Shown here one piece after another: positions 37,288-50,868 of a stretch of 64,000 nucleotides of DNA. A model generated the notes under the pieces. The model worked only from the letters and a program-made list of their open reading frames with translations, made no database searches and was not told where the DNA came from. Origin of the DNA: Laetmonice hystrix (Eukaryota); contig OZ249436.1 in assembly GCA_965235115.1 (NCBI GenBank), positions 50,654,001-50,718,000 of the forward strand, written 5' to 3'. Both the position numbers and the translations under genes were made by a program. Within the stretch, counting starts at the first letter, position 1; every line of letters begins with the position of its first letter.

Positions 37288-38570
37288 TACAGGTGAATGG
37301 GTTGGGGATTAGTACAAATCGGATATAACCTTTACGATTCGATTAGTCACGCCTAACGGTATAGGTGTGCGGAGGATAGGTGGTGGACAAACTCTCCCCC
37401 ATGGGCAACCTCTCAAAGATGGATGGTTAGGGCAGCTATGGGCTAGAGGGAAAGGTTAATAAATGTAAGTTTTTTCAAACAGTTACGTGTTTAGCGTGTA
37501 TGTGTGGCTAACATGTGATCCTTGGCGGACGGAGATATCTAGATTCGTAATGTTGAACACACCAGGATGAGCTACTCTAGACGTGGCCGGGAGTGGGCGT
37601 GTCCCAAAACTCATTTTCGCGTGCCCTTAAATTCTACCGTTTTGAAAAAAAAATACAGAACGACAGAAAACTATGGCGGAGTATGCGAAAGGTAATTGGC
37701 GAAAGTGACTCGCATAGAAAAACTCGTAAATATTCGAAATGTTTGAAACTTGGCGATATTTTTGTGGTTCACAGAAAGATAGTTCTAACTCCGTCTGGTG
37801 GGAGGAATGGCCAGAGGTTAGCAAGCAAGCACGTGCGCACGCTCTACGTTACGCTTGGCCACAGCCTCCGTGCCTGACACATGGGGTTGGGGTTCCACCC
37901 AGACAGCGAATCGCGGCTGGGATCTGCGTTTGATCCGACAGACTAATGATCACAGGGGCTGGCGGGTAAACGCAATGCTGGTCGACACCGCCAATTCACC
38001 CCTACTCCTACCCCAAGGGTATATCTTCCGCCCTCTCCCTTCACCCCCCCCCCCCCAAAGCCAACTGCTTGGTAAAGTTTACAAATGCCGCTACACGACC
38101 CCACTTAGAATCTCGCTCCTACTTGTACCCAACACCGATCGAATCCCTCCTGGCGCTCTGCGTGCGCTAATCTGGTTTAATGATCGACAACTTGGATTCT
38201 GGTCGTCTGGCCTCAGCCATCAATAGGTAGAGAGGTATAATTACATAGGCGCACCTGTCGACGACCTGTCTCAGCCCCCAATGGTTGGCAAAACCATGCT
38301 GGTCCACATGAGGTGGTACATTCTAAATACAATTCCCGGCTGGATATAGAAACTAATCAGGAGTGCGGTTAGATCCCAGGAGCACTATGTCCACCTGCTG
38401 GCACGGACCATGGTACAGTAAAGGTTTCCGGTTCTTCGTGCCAACCCATCTAAGGTCCAGTAGGTTCCCGTTTTTTCTGTATAATGATTTTATATTCAAG
38501 AACTCTTTATGGACATTGATCCTCCAACCTCTGTTTTAACATGTATGGACACGGCTGAATAGTTGGCCTA

Positions 38571-38715
38571 TAGCTCTGCCAGGTGGCCAAGTGTTAGCTC
38601 TGCAAGGTGGCCAAGTGTTAGCTCTGCCAGGTGGCCAAGTGTGAGCTCTGCCAGGTGGCCAAGTGTTAGCTCTGCCAGGTGGCCAAGTGTTAGCTTTGCC
38701 AGGTGGCCAAGTGTT
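38571..38715. repeat. Minisatellite, 24-bp unit, 6 copies
   Basis: Unit TAGCTCTGCCAGGTGGCCAAGTGT. Confidence 0.97.
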
Positions 38716-39340
38716 ATGGGTAGGATTGACGGTACCAATAATAGTACATCGTTAGTAACATGCAGTTGTATTTTTGTGCGCGATGTCATTTTAACAAGGT
38801 TTATGAAACTGACCCTGTTCACACAGGTGTCACATACTGTATATGATCGTGATGTTAATAAAGGCGTGAAACCTTCGTCTACCAATATGTCTGGACGGAT
38901 TTGCTCAAAATAATGGAAGGTTTGTTTCTTGTTCATTGTTCTGAGTTATACTTTTTGGATACATCCTGTACATACATCTATCTGCCTCACTTACAAGACT
39001 GACACTCTCGACAGCTACAAACGAAAGTCCTGTCAAATAGATCCTGCCAATCGCTGTCAACTTTGTGTACCTCAGTGGTTCGCAGCAGTTCGCTCAAACA
39101 GATTCAGACATATTGCTGCTAAATCACTATGCTGTGGAAGCAAATCGCTGCGACACTTTCCGCAAATTTGGAGCATAATAGGACCTGAATAGGACCGTCT
39201 GGATCTGGAACAGGTTCAGTGAGCTTGTTACAGGGGGAGGGGTACATTGACCTATTCCAACTGTCTGGACCGCACAGTCATGGCAGGAACAACATGTAGC
39301 GCAACCAGCTTACATACACTAACATAACTTCAAACATAAT

Positions 39341-41843
39341 CTGGCTTTAATGTTCGACCACTGTCTCCTATAGATGTCCCTATAGTCTCCAACATTCTCT
39401 CTGGCTGTGATGTTCGACCACTGTCTCCTATAGTTGTCCATATAGTCTCCAACATTCTCTCTGGCTGTGATGTTCGACCACTGTCTCCTATAGATGTCCC
39501 TATAGTCTCCAACATTCTCTCTGGCTGTGATGTTCGACCACTGTCTCCTATAGATGTCCATAGTCTGCAACATTCTCTCTGGCTGTGATGTTCGACCACT
39601 GTCTCCTATAGATGTCCATAGTCTGCAACATTCTCTCTGGCTGTGATGTTCGACCACTGTCTCCTATAGATGTCCATAGTCTGCAACATTCTCTCTGGCT
39701 GTGATGTTCGACCACTGTCTCCTATAGATGTCCATAGTCTCCAACATTCTCTCTGGCTGTGATGTTCGACCACTGTCTCCTATAGATGTCCATATAGTCT
39801 CCAACATTCTCTCTGGCTGTGATGTTCGACCACTGTCTCCTATAGATGTCCATATAGTCTCCAACATTCTCTCTGGCTGTGATGTTCGACCACTGTCTCC
39901 TATAGATGTCCATATAGTCTCCAACATTCTCTCTGGCTGTGATGTTCGACCACTGTCTCCTATAGATGTCCATATAGTCTCCAACATTCTCCCTGGCTGT
40001 GATGTTCGACCACTGTCTCCTATAGATGTCCATATAGTCTCCAACATTCTCTCTGGCTGTGATGTTCGACCACTGTCTCCTATAGATAGTCTCCAACATT
40101 CTCTCTGGCTGTGATGTTCGACCACTGTCTCCTATAGATGTCCATATAGTCTCCAACATTCTCTCTGGCTGTGATGTTCGACCACTGTCTCCTATAGATA
40201 GTCTCCAACATTCTCTCTGGCTGTGATGTTCGACCACTGTCTCCTATAGATGTCCATGTAGTCTCCAACATTCTCTCTGGCTGTGATGTTCGACCACTGT
40301 CTCCTATAGATGTCCATATAGTCTCCAACAGTCTCTCTGGCTGTGATGTTCGACCACTGTCTCCTATAGATGTCCATATAGTCTCCAACATTTTCTCTGG
40401 CTGTGATGTTCGACCACTGTCTCCTATAGATGTCCATATAGTCTCCAACATTCTCTCTGGCTGTGATGTTCGACCACTGTCTCCTATAGATAGTCTCCAA
40501 CAGTCTCTCTGGCTGTGATGTTCGACCACTGTCTCCTATAGATGTCCATATAGTCTCCAACATTCTCTCTGGCTGTGATGTTCGACCACTGTCTCCTATA
40601 GATGTCCATATAGTCTCCAACATTCTCTCTGGCTGTGATGTTCGACCACTGTCTCCTATAGATGTCCATATAGTCTCCAACATTCTCTCTGGCTGTGATG
40701 TTCGACCACTGTCTCCTATAGATGTCCCTATAGTCTCCAACATTCTCTCTGGCTGTGATGTTCGACCACTGTCTCCTATAGATGTCCATATAGTCTCCAA
40801 CATTCTCTCTGGCTGTGATGTTCGACCACTGTCTCCTATAGATGTCCATATAGTCTCCAACATTCTCTCTGGCTGTGATGTTCGACCACTGTCTCCTATA
40901 GATAGTCTCCAACATTCTCTCTGGCTGTGATGTTCGACCACTGTCTCCTATAGATGTCCATAGTCTCCAACATTCTCTCTGGCTGTGATGTTCGACCACT
41001 GTCTCCTATAGATGTCCCGATAGTCTCCAACATTCTCTCTGGCTGTGATGTTCGACCACTGTCTCCTATAGATGTCCATATAGTCTCCAACATTCTCTCT
41101 GGCTGTGATGTTCGACCACTGTCTCCTATAGATAGTCTCCAACATTCTCTCTGGCTGTGATGTTCGACCACTGTCTCCTATAGATAGTCTCCAACATTCT
41201 CTCTGGCTGTGATGTTCGACCACTGTCTCCTATAGATGTCCATATAGTCTCCAACATTCTCTCTGGCTGTGATGTTCGACCGCTGTCTCCTATAGATGTC
41301 CATATAGTCTCCAACATTCTCTCTGGCTGTGATGTTCGACCACTGTCTCCTATAGATGTCCATATAGTCTCCAACATTCTCTCTGGCTGTGATGTTCGAC
41401 CACTGTCTCCTATAGATGTCCATAGTCTCCAACATTCTCTCTGGCTGTGATGTTCGACCACTGTCTCCTATAGATAGTCTCCAACATTCTCTCTGGCTGT
41501 GATGTTCGACCACTGTCTCCTATAGATGTCCATATAGTCTCCAACATTCTCTCTGGCTGTGATGTTCGACCACTGTCTCCTATAGATGTCCCGATAGTCT
41601 CCAACATTCTCTCTGGCTGTGATGTTCGACCACTGTCTCCTATAGATGTCCATATAGTCTCCAACATTCTCTCTGGCTGTGATGTTCGACCACTGTCTCC
41701 TATAGATGTCCATATAGTCTCCAACATTCTCTCTGGCTGTGATGTTCGACCACTGTCTCCTATAGATAGTCTCCAACATTCTCTCTGGCTGTGATGTTCG
41801 ACCACTGTCTCCTATAGATGTCCATATAGTCTCCAACATTCTC
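39341..41843. repeat. Long minisatellite, 60-bp unit with 58- and 52-bp variants, ~43 copies
   Basis: Unit TATAGATGTCCATATAGTCTCCAACATTCTCTCTGGCTGTGATGTTCGACCACTGTCTCC; source of all the IYRRQWSNITARENVGDY and TSIGDSGRTSQPERMLE ORFs. Confidence 0.99.
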
Positions 41844-42393
41844 ATTCGTTCTGTTAGTTTTGTTAATGAACATGAACATATTAACCAACAAATGTAACAT
41901 TCTATGTTATTCTCTATAATCAAGTGGTGTTTGATATCATTTATGATATCAAACTCTCTTTAGGTCTCTCAAATGCCACCATACAATATTTGGGAAATGT
42001 TGCAAGATACAATATAATATTTCAATACTTGTGTTCTAAGTGTATTTCGAGGATATGGGGAAGGTATGAGTAATTCTCGGCAGAATTCTTCAAAAAGTAT
42101 GGACATTATTCTCCAACATAATACGGCAAAATTCTTCAAGTTAAACTATTTTTTTAAATCAACCGAGGAGGGAAAAATTACTTTCAGTGTAGTTTGAGTA
42201 TAGGATGAAGGGGTTTAATTCTAATTGACATCTGCAGCCCGTAGTGAGAGCGATGAAAAGGTCGAGGTCCACTTTGAAGGTGGAACAGGTAGAAGCTGAA
42301 GGGAGATTAAACACGCGCCCTCACGCGGCGGTCGCATGCCTGCCAAAGCCTTATCGCAATGAACATCTTCCTCTTTTCCGGTGCATCCTCAGG

Positions 42394-42533
42394 TCCCCCC
42401 CCCCTCCACCCCACCCCCACCCCTACCCAACCCCACCCCTACCCCCACCCAACCCCACCCCACCCCTACCCCCACCCAACCCCACCCCTACCCCCACCCA
42501 CCCCCACCCCTACCCCCACCCAACCCCACCCCT
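42394..42533. repeat. C-rich low-complexity tract
   Basis: Runs of CCC(C) separated by A, AA or TA. Confidence 0.92.
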
Positions 42534-45500
42534 AAAACTCTTCTTTCCCCCACCCACATCCAACACCCACATTTCTTCTGCTCCCACCCTCTCCTATACC
42601 AAACTGCCTGCCGTTGAGATGGCCTGCGCAGAGCCTTGTAGCCAGCGATGTACGGGTTGGGCTGTGACTGTTCCATTGAAGGAAAGGTCTGGGAGTGGGG
42701 CATTCACCCTCGACCCTACCGTCTAGACGCTGGGGCGGTCGGCGGGGCTGACCCCGTTACCAACAACCCGCTCCTTCCCATTGGTTGCATTTACTGTCGG
42801 CCACTCAGATGGGAGCTTACATGTGTGCACGCCTGCAGCGACAGAGTGGCCACGGGATGTTCTGATTGTGTGAAATCATCAGCGATCACCTCACACATGG
42901 AGGTCGTCACTTATGTCACCTACAAATAAAGTCAAGTGGCACAATTATTCACCTAAATGTTAATCAATCTTATCACCGAATGCCTCCAAGGTGCCGACGA
43001 CCACGAGGAAGGCCATGTACTGTTATATTTCCATGGGTTTGTGATGCACTAGACGGCCTTTACACTCCACGTGTCTTCGTTCACCTCCACGGCCGAGGGA
43101 ATGTTGCTGAGTCACTGACAGCCCTGAGGACATGCCTCCAGGGAGTACGGGCCTGGGGCCTGACCGGACACATGTCCATCACGTAATGGCCACGTAAAAA
43201 CAAAAGGTGTTGGATGGCCGCGAGGCACAAGACATTCCCGGATGTTCATCAATCAAGGCGGGTGATGTTGTCGTCACGTCATCATACTGCAGCGACCTCG
43301 CGCGGCCAGGGTGGACATCATGGATAATGTATGAACACCTCGAGGGTCGCGAGGAGGGCGGGGTGGTCCAAGGTCGGGGATTCCATAACGAAAGGTGCAC
43401 CTCGCCAGGGTATGAACTATATGCGTAGATATCATTTAATGACGTAATGTTAAAATGGCCAAAGAGGATGTTGGTGGTTTTTATGTGAGTAGACTGATGG
43501 CCTCATTGGGAGCCTGATGTAGGCTAAAGAAATGCAATCATCATGATGCTGAAGGGGGTGCTATATATGTCCGAGTCTGTATCGGCCTTTGTAACAGTAN
43601 NNNNNNNNNNNNNNNNNNNNNNNNNNNNNNNNNNNNNNNNNNNNNNNNNNNNNNNNNNNNNNNNNNNNNNNNNNNNNNNNNNNNNNNNNNNNNNNNNNNN
43701 NNNNNNNNNNNNNNNNNNNNNNNNNNNNNNNNNNNNNNNNNNNNNNNGACTCGGGTCTCACCATCTCTGACCCGTCGATTTTTGTGTGTGTTTTATTTCA
43801 CCTCGTAAGTGCGTGTCACATATTCATTTTTGCCTTTAGAATTTGAATATGTGAGTGGCGCACCTACAGCCGCACTTCATAGTCCTCTATGATATGAGGC
43901 CCGCTTATTATACATGTATAGATTTATACGCTTATTATATATGTATATCTTCGTTTAAGTTACGCACAGCTATAAAATAAGCAACATGCAAATGATATTT
44001 TACGTGGTTCATATAAAATACGTGGCCCTTCCATGAAACGTGTCTTCGAATATAATATATAAGAAAACAACTTGAATATAATACATTTACATCGACACTT
44101 TTTAATTTGCTCTGTGAATGACAGATGATGGCATTTGCTTGTGCTTGTCAATCACATATAGTAATCGGCCGGCCAGACCTACTCTTCGCCAGGAAACGGA
44201 AATACCAGGTTGACCGGTGTATCAATAAGGCCTTATTGAAATGAGAATATAGGGCCTAGGTAAGATAGTGCAACAAATAGGATTCTATAGTGAGCGATAA
44301 AACGGAACGCTGACCGGCCATATTGAGGGCCCACCCCTAGGATGGCGGTCAGAGATTACCGTTTCCCGCGGCCCTTCCCGACGTTCCTGTTACGTTTTCC
44401 AATAACTCACAGCATGTGGTCCGATCACTGACTCTGGCACTGCGCGGGCCAACCAGTCATCGAGAAGATAAAACTGAGAAGGCCCCGGCCCTGCCCCCAC
44501 CAGGCCATAGATCATGCCCACTTCCCGACTACATTACGTAAAATATTTCATCATTTTTACCCCCCCCCCCCCCATTCATATGCTAAACGCCCGACGCATA
44601 TCTTGCAACTGTTGATGCCTATAGATAGTTATGAGGGAGTCCATCTAGTCACATAATGACAAAGTTTTTCTTGATACAAAACTGGCGCGAATGATGATGC
44701 ACCACCGGAAGTTGTAACGCAATCGCCGTGTGATTTCTTACCTCCCTGTGCACAAGGCGGTGCGTCATAATACCCACACGCTTACCACGACATTACAACG
44801 TCACATGCGTGGAGACATGCGTACAGCATCATTGCTACCCGTGTCTGTCTCGTCCAGAGACATCCTAACATTATACTTGCCTCGTACCCGCACCTCATGT
44901 AGGAGTTCTCAGCACGTGCTGGCCATCATGGAGATAGAAACCATGTGTCTGTACGTTATGACAGAGTGTATACGTGACATAATACCGTCAAGGTGTGAGC
45001 ACTGGGATCTTTCTGCGCGTGCACACGCTCATGTTTGCCATTCCGTTTGTTTTAAGTAAAAAAAGGGACACCATGATAGCAAAATAATATATATATTACG
45101 AGAAGTCACGTTGTTGAACATTGCTACTAGTGTTGACTGTACTTTACCTACATCTAGGTACGTCTTTACCTCTCTCTATCTCTCTATCTGTCTCCCTCGC
45201 TCACCCACTCTCTATCTAGGCCTATCTCTCTCTCTATATCTATCCATCCCTCTCTCTCCCTCCCTCTCTCTATCTCATACTTTCCCTCCGTTGATTTTAT
45301 CTTTCCTATCACCCTCTACTAATAGCCAGGTATGTCCATACACCCGGGTAAATAGGACTGGTCCATAGCAAGACGAGTTTCGGAATAGATCATAGGGCTA
45401 AAATTTGCAGCGTAAAGACAACTACCTCCACGGTGCTGGGCCAGACGGAGTTGTAAAAACTGGGCACTATTATCGATGCAGGTCCATGCTCTGGTCTAGA

Positions 45501-45847
45501 ATGAGCAGTGGGTCTAGACGGACATCAGCTCAGGTAACACCATCAGCTGGATCTGTGAGAACACCGACACCTCCTGCACCTGGCAACCCAACGCCCAACT
45601 CTTCCCAACCATGTGCGCTATGTAGGACACGTCCATCTTGTACAGGTAGTGCCAAAAAACGGAACGAAATGCTAACAATATCCAAGCGAGGTTAGAATAA
45701 TAATTTTCTCGAAATCAAATGGGGTAAATGAAACTAAATACAATTGGAAAATGTAAATGGCGGTCATGGGAGATTTTTATAATACAAAAATAACAGAATA
45801 ATTCAAACTTAAAATGCTTCGATCGGAGATGTGTTTTCAATCAAATT

Positions 45848-46429
45848 CTCCTTACGGTCTCCTGTCTGTCTCCTTACGGTCTCCTATCTGTCTCCTTACG
45901 GTCTCCTGTCTCCTTACGGTCTCCTATCTGTCTCCTCTCTGTCTCCTCTCTGTCGCCTATCTGTCTCCTCTCTGTCTCCTTACGGTCTCCTCTCTATCGC
46001 CTATCTGTCTCCTCTCTGTCTCCTTACGGTCTCCTATCTGTCTCCTTAAGGTCTCCTATCTGTCTCCTTACGGTCCCCTATCTGTCTCCTCTCTGTCTCT
46101 TTATGTTCTCCTCCCTGTCTGCTTACGGTCTCCTCTCTGTCTCCTTACGGTCTCCTCTGTCTCCTTACGGTCTCCTCTCTGTCTCCTTACGGTCTCCTCT
46201 GTCTCCTTACGGTATCCTCTCTGTCTCCTTACGGTCTCCTCTGTCTCCTTACGATTTCCTATCTGTCTCCTTACGGTCTCCTCTGTCTCCTTACGGTATC
46301 CTCTGTCTCCTTACGATCTCCTCTGTCTCCTTACGATTTCCTATCTGTCTCCTTACGGTATCCTCTCTGTCTCCTTACGGTCTCCTGTCTCCTTACGGTT
46401 TCCTGCCTGTCTCCTCTCTGTCTCCTTAC
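45848..46429. repeat. Pyrimidine-rich minisatellite, 20-22-bp mosaic unit
   Basis: CTGTCTCCTTACGGTCTCCT(AT/CT) mixed with CTGTCTCCTCT sub-units; source of the 235-aa LLTVSSVSLRSP ORF. Confidence 0.95.
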
Positions 46430-47162
46430 ACAGCTCATCGTCAAACATAATGCACCAACCACAACGAATAGGACAACGGTGTCCGAATGAGGGAATAGTT
46501 ACTAACCAAACCAATACATAACGTGCATGCAGTGTTTTCTACATCTCATTGGTTTCTTTGCATTCCAAATTTTATGCTGCCTTTTGTCTCTGCTTTGCAT
46601 TAATAGTCAGAACAGTATGTACCAGAGGGTTTTGATCTTTGACTGAGACTTACTTTTTAAGCTGGATGATGAAGGGTAGGATGACGGATATATTTTTTGC
46701 ATATCTTTGGCGACATCATTAAAGCCCTAGAGTATTTTTGTTGGATAGGTTTTCTCCATGAAGGACATAGTTTAAATCTAACGTCGCAGTCAATTTGACC
46801 CATTTTTGTATATAGACCTAAGTGTTGAAATTGGGTGCCGAGGGTCATTTAAAGAAACAGTTAACCGAATAAAACAAGGTGAAAAACATGGATTTATACG
46901 GTAAACAAGAGGTCACTTGGGTTGAGGTATGCAACCGAGAGCCGTGATGGACGGCGTGGGAAGAACGGGGTGTGAACACTGGTAGGGCGTTCCTCGCCAA
47001 TGTCGTCTTTAATGTGTGCCTGGCCTGTCAACGTCAGCCAGTGCACGCTCTACTGATCCTGGTGGCGGCATGCCACATCTATCTGGGAGGCAGTGGACAT
47101 TTTTCTTCATCTCTCTGTAGTGAATAGTCTACATAACGCATATCTTATATTTTATGGCTATA

Positions 47163-48021
47163 TATCGGGTGGATAAAAAAAAACGCCCCGAACTTTAAAC
47201 TCCAATATTTCAAAAAGTATTGATTGTAATTCAATGAAATTTGTCTTACTATCACTTCATGATGTTGTCTCTTAGTTGTTAATGTTACAAGTCAATAGCT
47301 TGGATAATATTTCCATGGCGCTAAAAACAAAAATCATTGTACAAAAGCGCAATGCCGTGCTAAAGCCAGGTGTAGTTGCACCCAGAGTGCCGGGCCTCAC
47401 ACTCGAGTAGGTGGTCAATCGGTCCCCTGTTTTCGCTTCATACTGCTTTCAGTCTCTTTTTCCATGAGCCAATGCACTTCCTGATCTCTGATAGGGAAAT
47501 ATCTTCCCAACATTCGGAAATACGGAACGTTCTGAATGTGTTGCTAAACGTGATAATGATACGATTTCCCTTGAACTTCTCGTTACAGTCATATCGTCCT
47601 AATGTTGCAGCTTCTCTGTAGGGTTTGTCACATTAAACATCTGTTTTTCTCTAGAAGTACTAGGAATAGCACATAATTTATTATATCTAGTGGTCCACAA
47701 CATTATACATATTGTAAAACATGCAAAAACTAAATATTGAAAATGTTTGTACCCAAGGTACAACGCGGTGCATCAAACAGGTATCAAATTGGACACCTGG
47801 CAGCTGCATGATATTTGACCTAATTCCGGCATTGCGTTTTTAGACACTGATTTTTGTTTTTAGCGCGATGGGATTAATATCAAAACTATTGAGCTAAAAC
47901 TTTAACATACCAGAGATAATATCATGAAGTGATATTAAGAGAAATTTTATTGAATTATAATGCATAGTCTTTGAAATATTAAAGTTCAAAGTTCGGGGCG
48001 TTTTTTTTTATCCACCCGATA
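47163..48021 (-). mobile_element. Internally deleted Tc1/mariner-superfamily DNA transposon
   Basis: Perfect 34-bp TIR TATCGGGTGGATAAAAAAAAACGCCCCGAACTTT at both ends, flanked by TA. Diverged inverted arms extend ~195 bp. The minus-strand interior encodes a transposase C-terminal remnant. Confidence 0.9.
47402..47522 (-). pseudogene. Tc1/mariner transposase C-terminal remnant: ISECWEDISLSEIRKCIGSWKKRLKAV*SENRGPIDHLLE
   Basis: Matches the typical C-terminal pattern of this superfamily (W..I....IRK.I.SW.KRL.AV....GG.I.HL), recalled from family knowledge; one in-frame stop. Confidence 0.8.
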
Positions 48022-50574
48022 TATTGTGTAATATATAGGTCAGGCCTGTTTCTTTTATTGAGAAACATGACTGTCACTTTAAATCATAATTTATATTTTC
48101 AGGCGACGTACAGATTTCATATGGTCCGGTATATTCTATACTTCAAACGTTATGTTGCCCGAAACGTTATGTGCTGTAATGTATACTGCATATATGAACC
48201 AGTGTAAACAATATTCGTTTGCAGTTTTTCATGATTTTAGCATCCTGTATAAAGGGTAGAGGGAGTTCCAAAACAAAATAGGGCCCGTTAAAGATTTAAC
48301 AGGGCCACCTTGAAGTAAGCTACCCTGAAGGTAAATACCATCGTATACGTGGCATGTCTATAGATCGGAGCATAAGGTAGATGAGAGTTTTCCTACGGAA
48401 CGCTCGATCAGCTGGTATTTATTTCTAACCAAATTTTCTCTCATATCCCCCCCCCCAGTCCAGCTGTAAATATTCAGTAATTGTCGACGGCTCCATTTAT
48501 CTTAAAGAGCAATTAATTAAGACAGTGGTCTGTGATAATGAGCAATAACTACAACGAATTTAATGAAACTGTTATGAATGTGCAAGAACATGTCTCATTT
48601 TTCTTCTTTCCGTTACAAAATATTTGTGATCGTACATATAAAAAATGGCCAGGAATTATAGGCCGGTATAAAGATCGAACAGAACAACTACATTTGCACG
48701 AGGCTCAGTGGGTCACCTAGTGTACGTGCACATTCCTCCACTCCCACGCCTTCCACGAGTAACTACATGGCTTATCGTAATACATATAGCATCTCCCAAG
48801 GCGGACAACTTTTTCACCTGCTCCGAGTCGAGGATGAGCCTTTCGGAAAAAGACCGCATTCATTTTGACTGACTGTGATTCAGACACGGTCAGTATTAGA
48901 CTCTCCAGTCGAGCCGGGATTCCGTGTCTTTGCCCTCTGGGTGCATCTGTACCAATTCCAAGGTAGACCATTTTCACTACTCCATGGTTCAATCGTTAAC
49001 GAATCAGTTGAAGGTATCATGTATAAAACTGCGGCCCACTGAATACGAACGAGACACTTCAAACTGTCACCTCTACGGCTCTTGTTCTTATCCTCAGATT
49101 TTTATTCTATATAATAAACATACTTAACACTAATTGTTATAATAGTTTTCTTTGGTGATTGGCACCTTCTTATTGCAGTGTATTTTACCGTTGACATACC
49201 AAAAACGTTTTTTTTTCAATGAGCTTCGATGCACATTGAATTCACATATGGATGTGGTTTGGGTTCAATGCGATTCAATGCGCATTGGGAACCGTGTTGG
49301 GTGTGTCACGAACTGAATGCGATTTGAAATTATTTGAAGCGCATTGGAGCGTCGGTGTGTCAACGGTATTTGTAAAAGAAATCTTCCTACAGCATACAAC
49401 ATAATAACAACTCGATCCCCGCCATGTATCAATACTGTTAGGTAGGGCCCAGTAGCCTGGCATCAGGTTTGAAGCCACCAATGCCTGGGTCCCATTACTT
49501 CAGCAGGCCCCTACACACCACCAGATAGGAGCCCATTAACGCTGTCCTGTGTATTGTTTTACAAGCGTCAACCATGATCGCCAGGTTGTCACTCATTCAC
49601 ACCATCATGTCGTTTACAGTGTCACTACACTGTCTGAGACGGCCACCCGCCACGTGCCAATATTTACGGGACGAACCCACGGCCAAATACTCGCCTTAAA
49701 GGGACACTGCAGCCAAAATGTTTCCCCCTTCTGGGGAATGTCCTGGATGATGTATACAGTCACGCATTATTGTAAATGAAAGGTAAGAGTTTACCTTTAA
49801 GAACATTGAAAATAATCACGCGATAAATTGGTTTTTACACATTGGTCTGCCTGATTCTATGAATAAGAAGCTATAACCATTTACACCGTGAAATAGCGAA
49901 AATACTGAAATATATAACCTTGACTTGGTTAGCGGGCCTGTATATAGGGCCTATACGTCCCCAACTATTGTCGCTTGGATGCCGACTGGGTCAGGGCCCC
50001 GATTCAATCCATGGCAGTACCACCCATGGCCACTCCCCGATCAGGTCCTAGGTCAGGAGGGTTTTTACCCCCAACCCCTACCCTCACCCCCAGTATCGCG
50101 GACCACCAGCTGCGTTTGTCTGGTCCTAGGTCTGGGTGAAGTATGCATGCTGAGCTCGCAGCGACCACGACCCGACCCGGGTCGGAGGGGAAAAAACGAA
50201 ATCTGGGCGAAGGCGGAGGGGGAGGCATCGCCCAACATTCCACTGAACTATCTTGTAAGGCATCTGATGTGACTGGAGGGAAAGGGGTTGAGGAGTTAAG
50301 GGGGGGGGGGGAGTTGGTGATGATGAGATGGTATCCTCACCCGCGCGTCCTTCAACCCTGCGGGGGGAAGCAGCTGGGAGGAGATACTGTGGGCGCGTGG
50401 CATCTTGTTCGTCATGCTCAGTGGACCGTGACGCCGTGAGGGGTAGTTCAGTACTAGCAATTAATATTAGAGTGCTTAATCAACTAGGGAACCCTTGGTG
50501 GCACGTGCTGCTGGCAGATGAAGTGGTTGATATAAATGGCATTAAGATACCGAGACAAGAAATCTTTGGTATAA

Positions 50575-50868
50575 AACTGTGGGAGGGGTTCGTATACCGG
50601 ATCAGGTGTAAGAGACGGAAAAGTAATCAATAACAACCGGAAATATATAACTGTGGGAGGGGTTCGTATACCGGATCAGGTGTAAGAGACGGAAAAGTAA
50701 TCAATAACAACCTGAAATATATAACTGTGGGAGGGGTTCGTATACCGGATCAGGTGTAAGAGACGGAAAAGTAATCAATAACAACCTGAAATATATAACT
50801 GTGGGAGGGGTTCGTATACCGGATCAGGTGTAAGAGACGGAAAAGTAATCAATAAAAACCGGAAATAT
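50575..50868. repeat. Minisatellite, 74-bp unit, 4 copies
   Basis: Unit AACTGTGGGAGGGGTTCGTATACCGGATCAGGTGTAAGAGACGGAAAAGTAATCAATAACAACC(G/T)GAAATATAT. Confidence 0.97.

Noticed and set aside
39319-41923. Long ORFs (up to 249 aa) in the 60-bp array, and similar ORFs at 12108-12964, 21396-21828, 34110-34619, 45814-46521 and 59277-60141
   Set aside because: They are translations of tandem repeats in several overlapping frames, with irregular frameshifts and no recognised domain.
9458-43770. ORFs containing X runs
   Set aside because: Artefacts of reading through N gaps.
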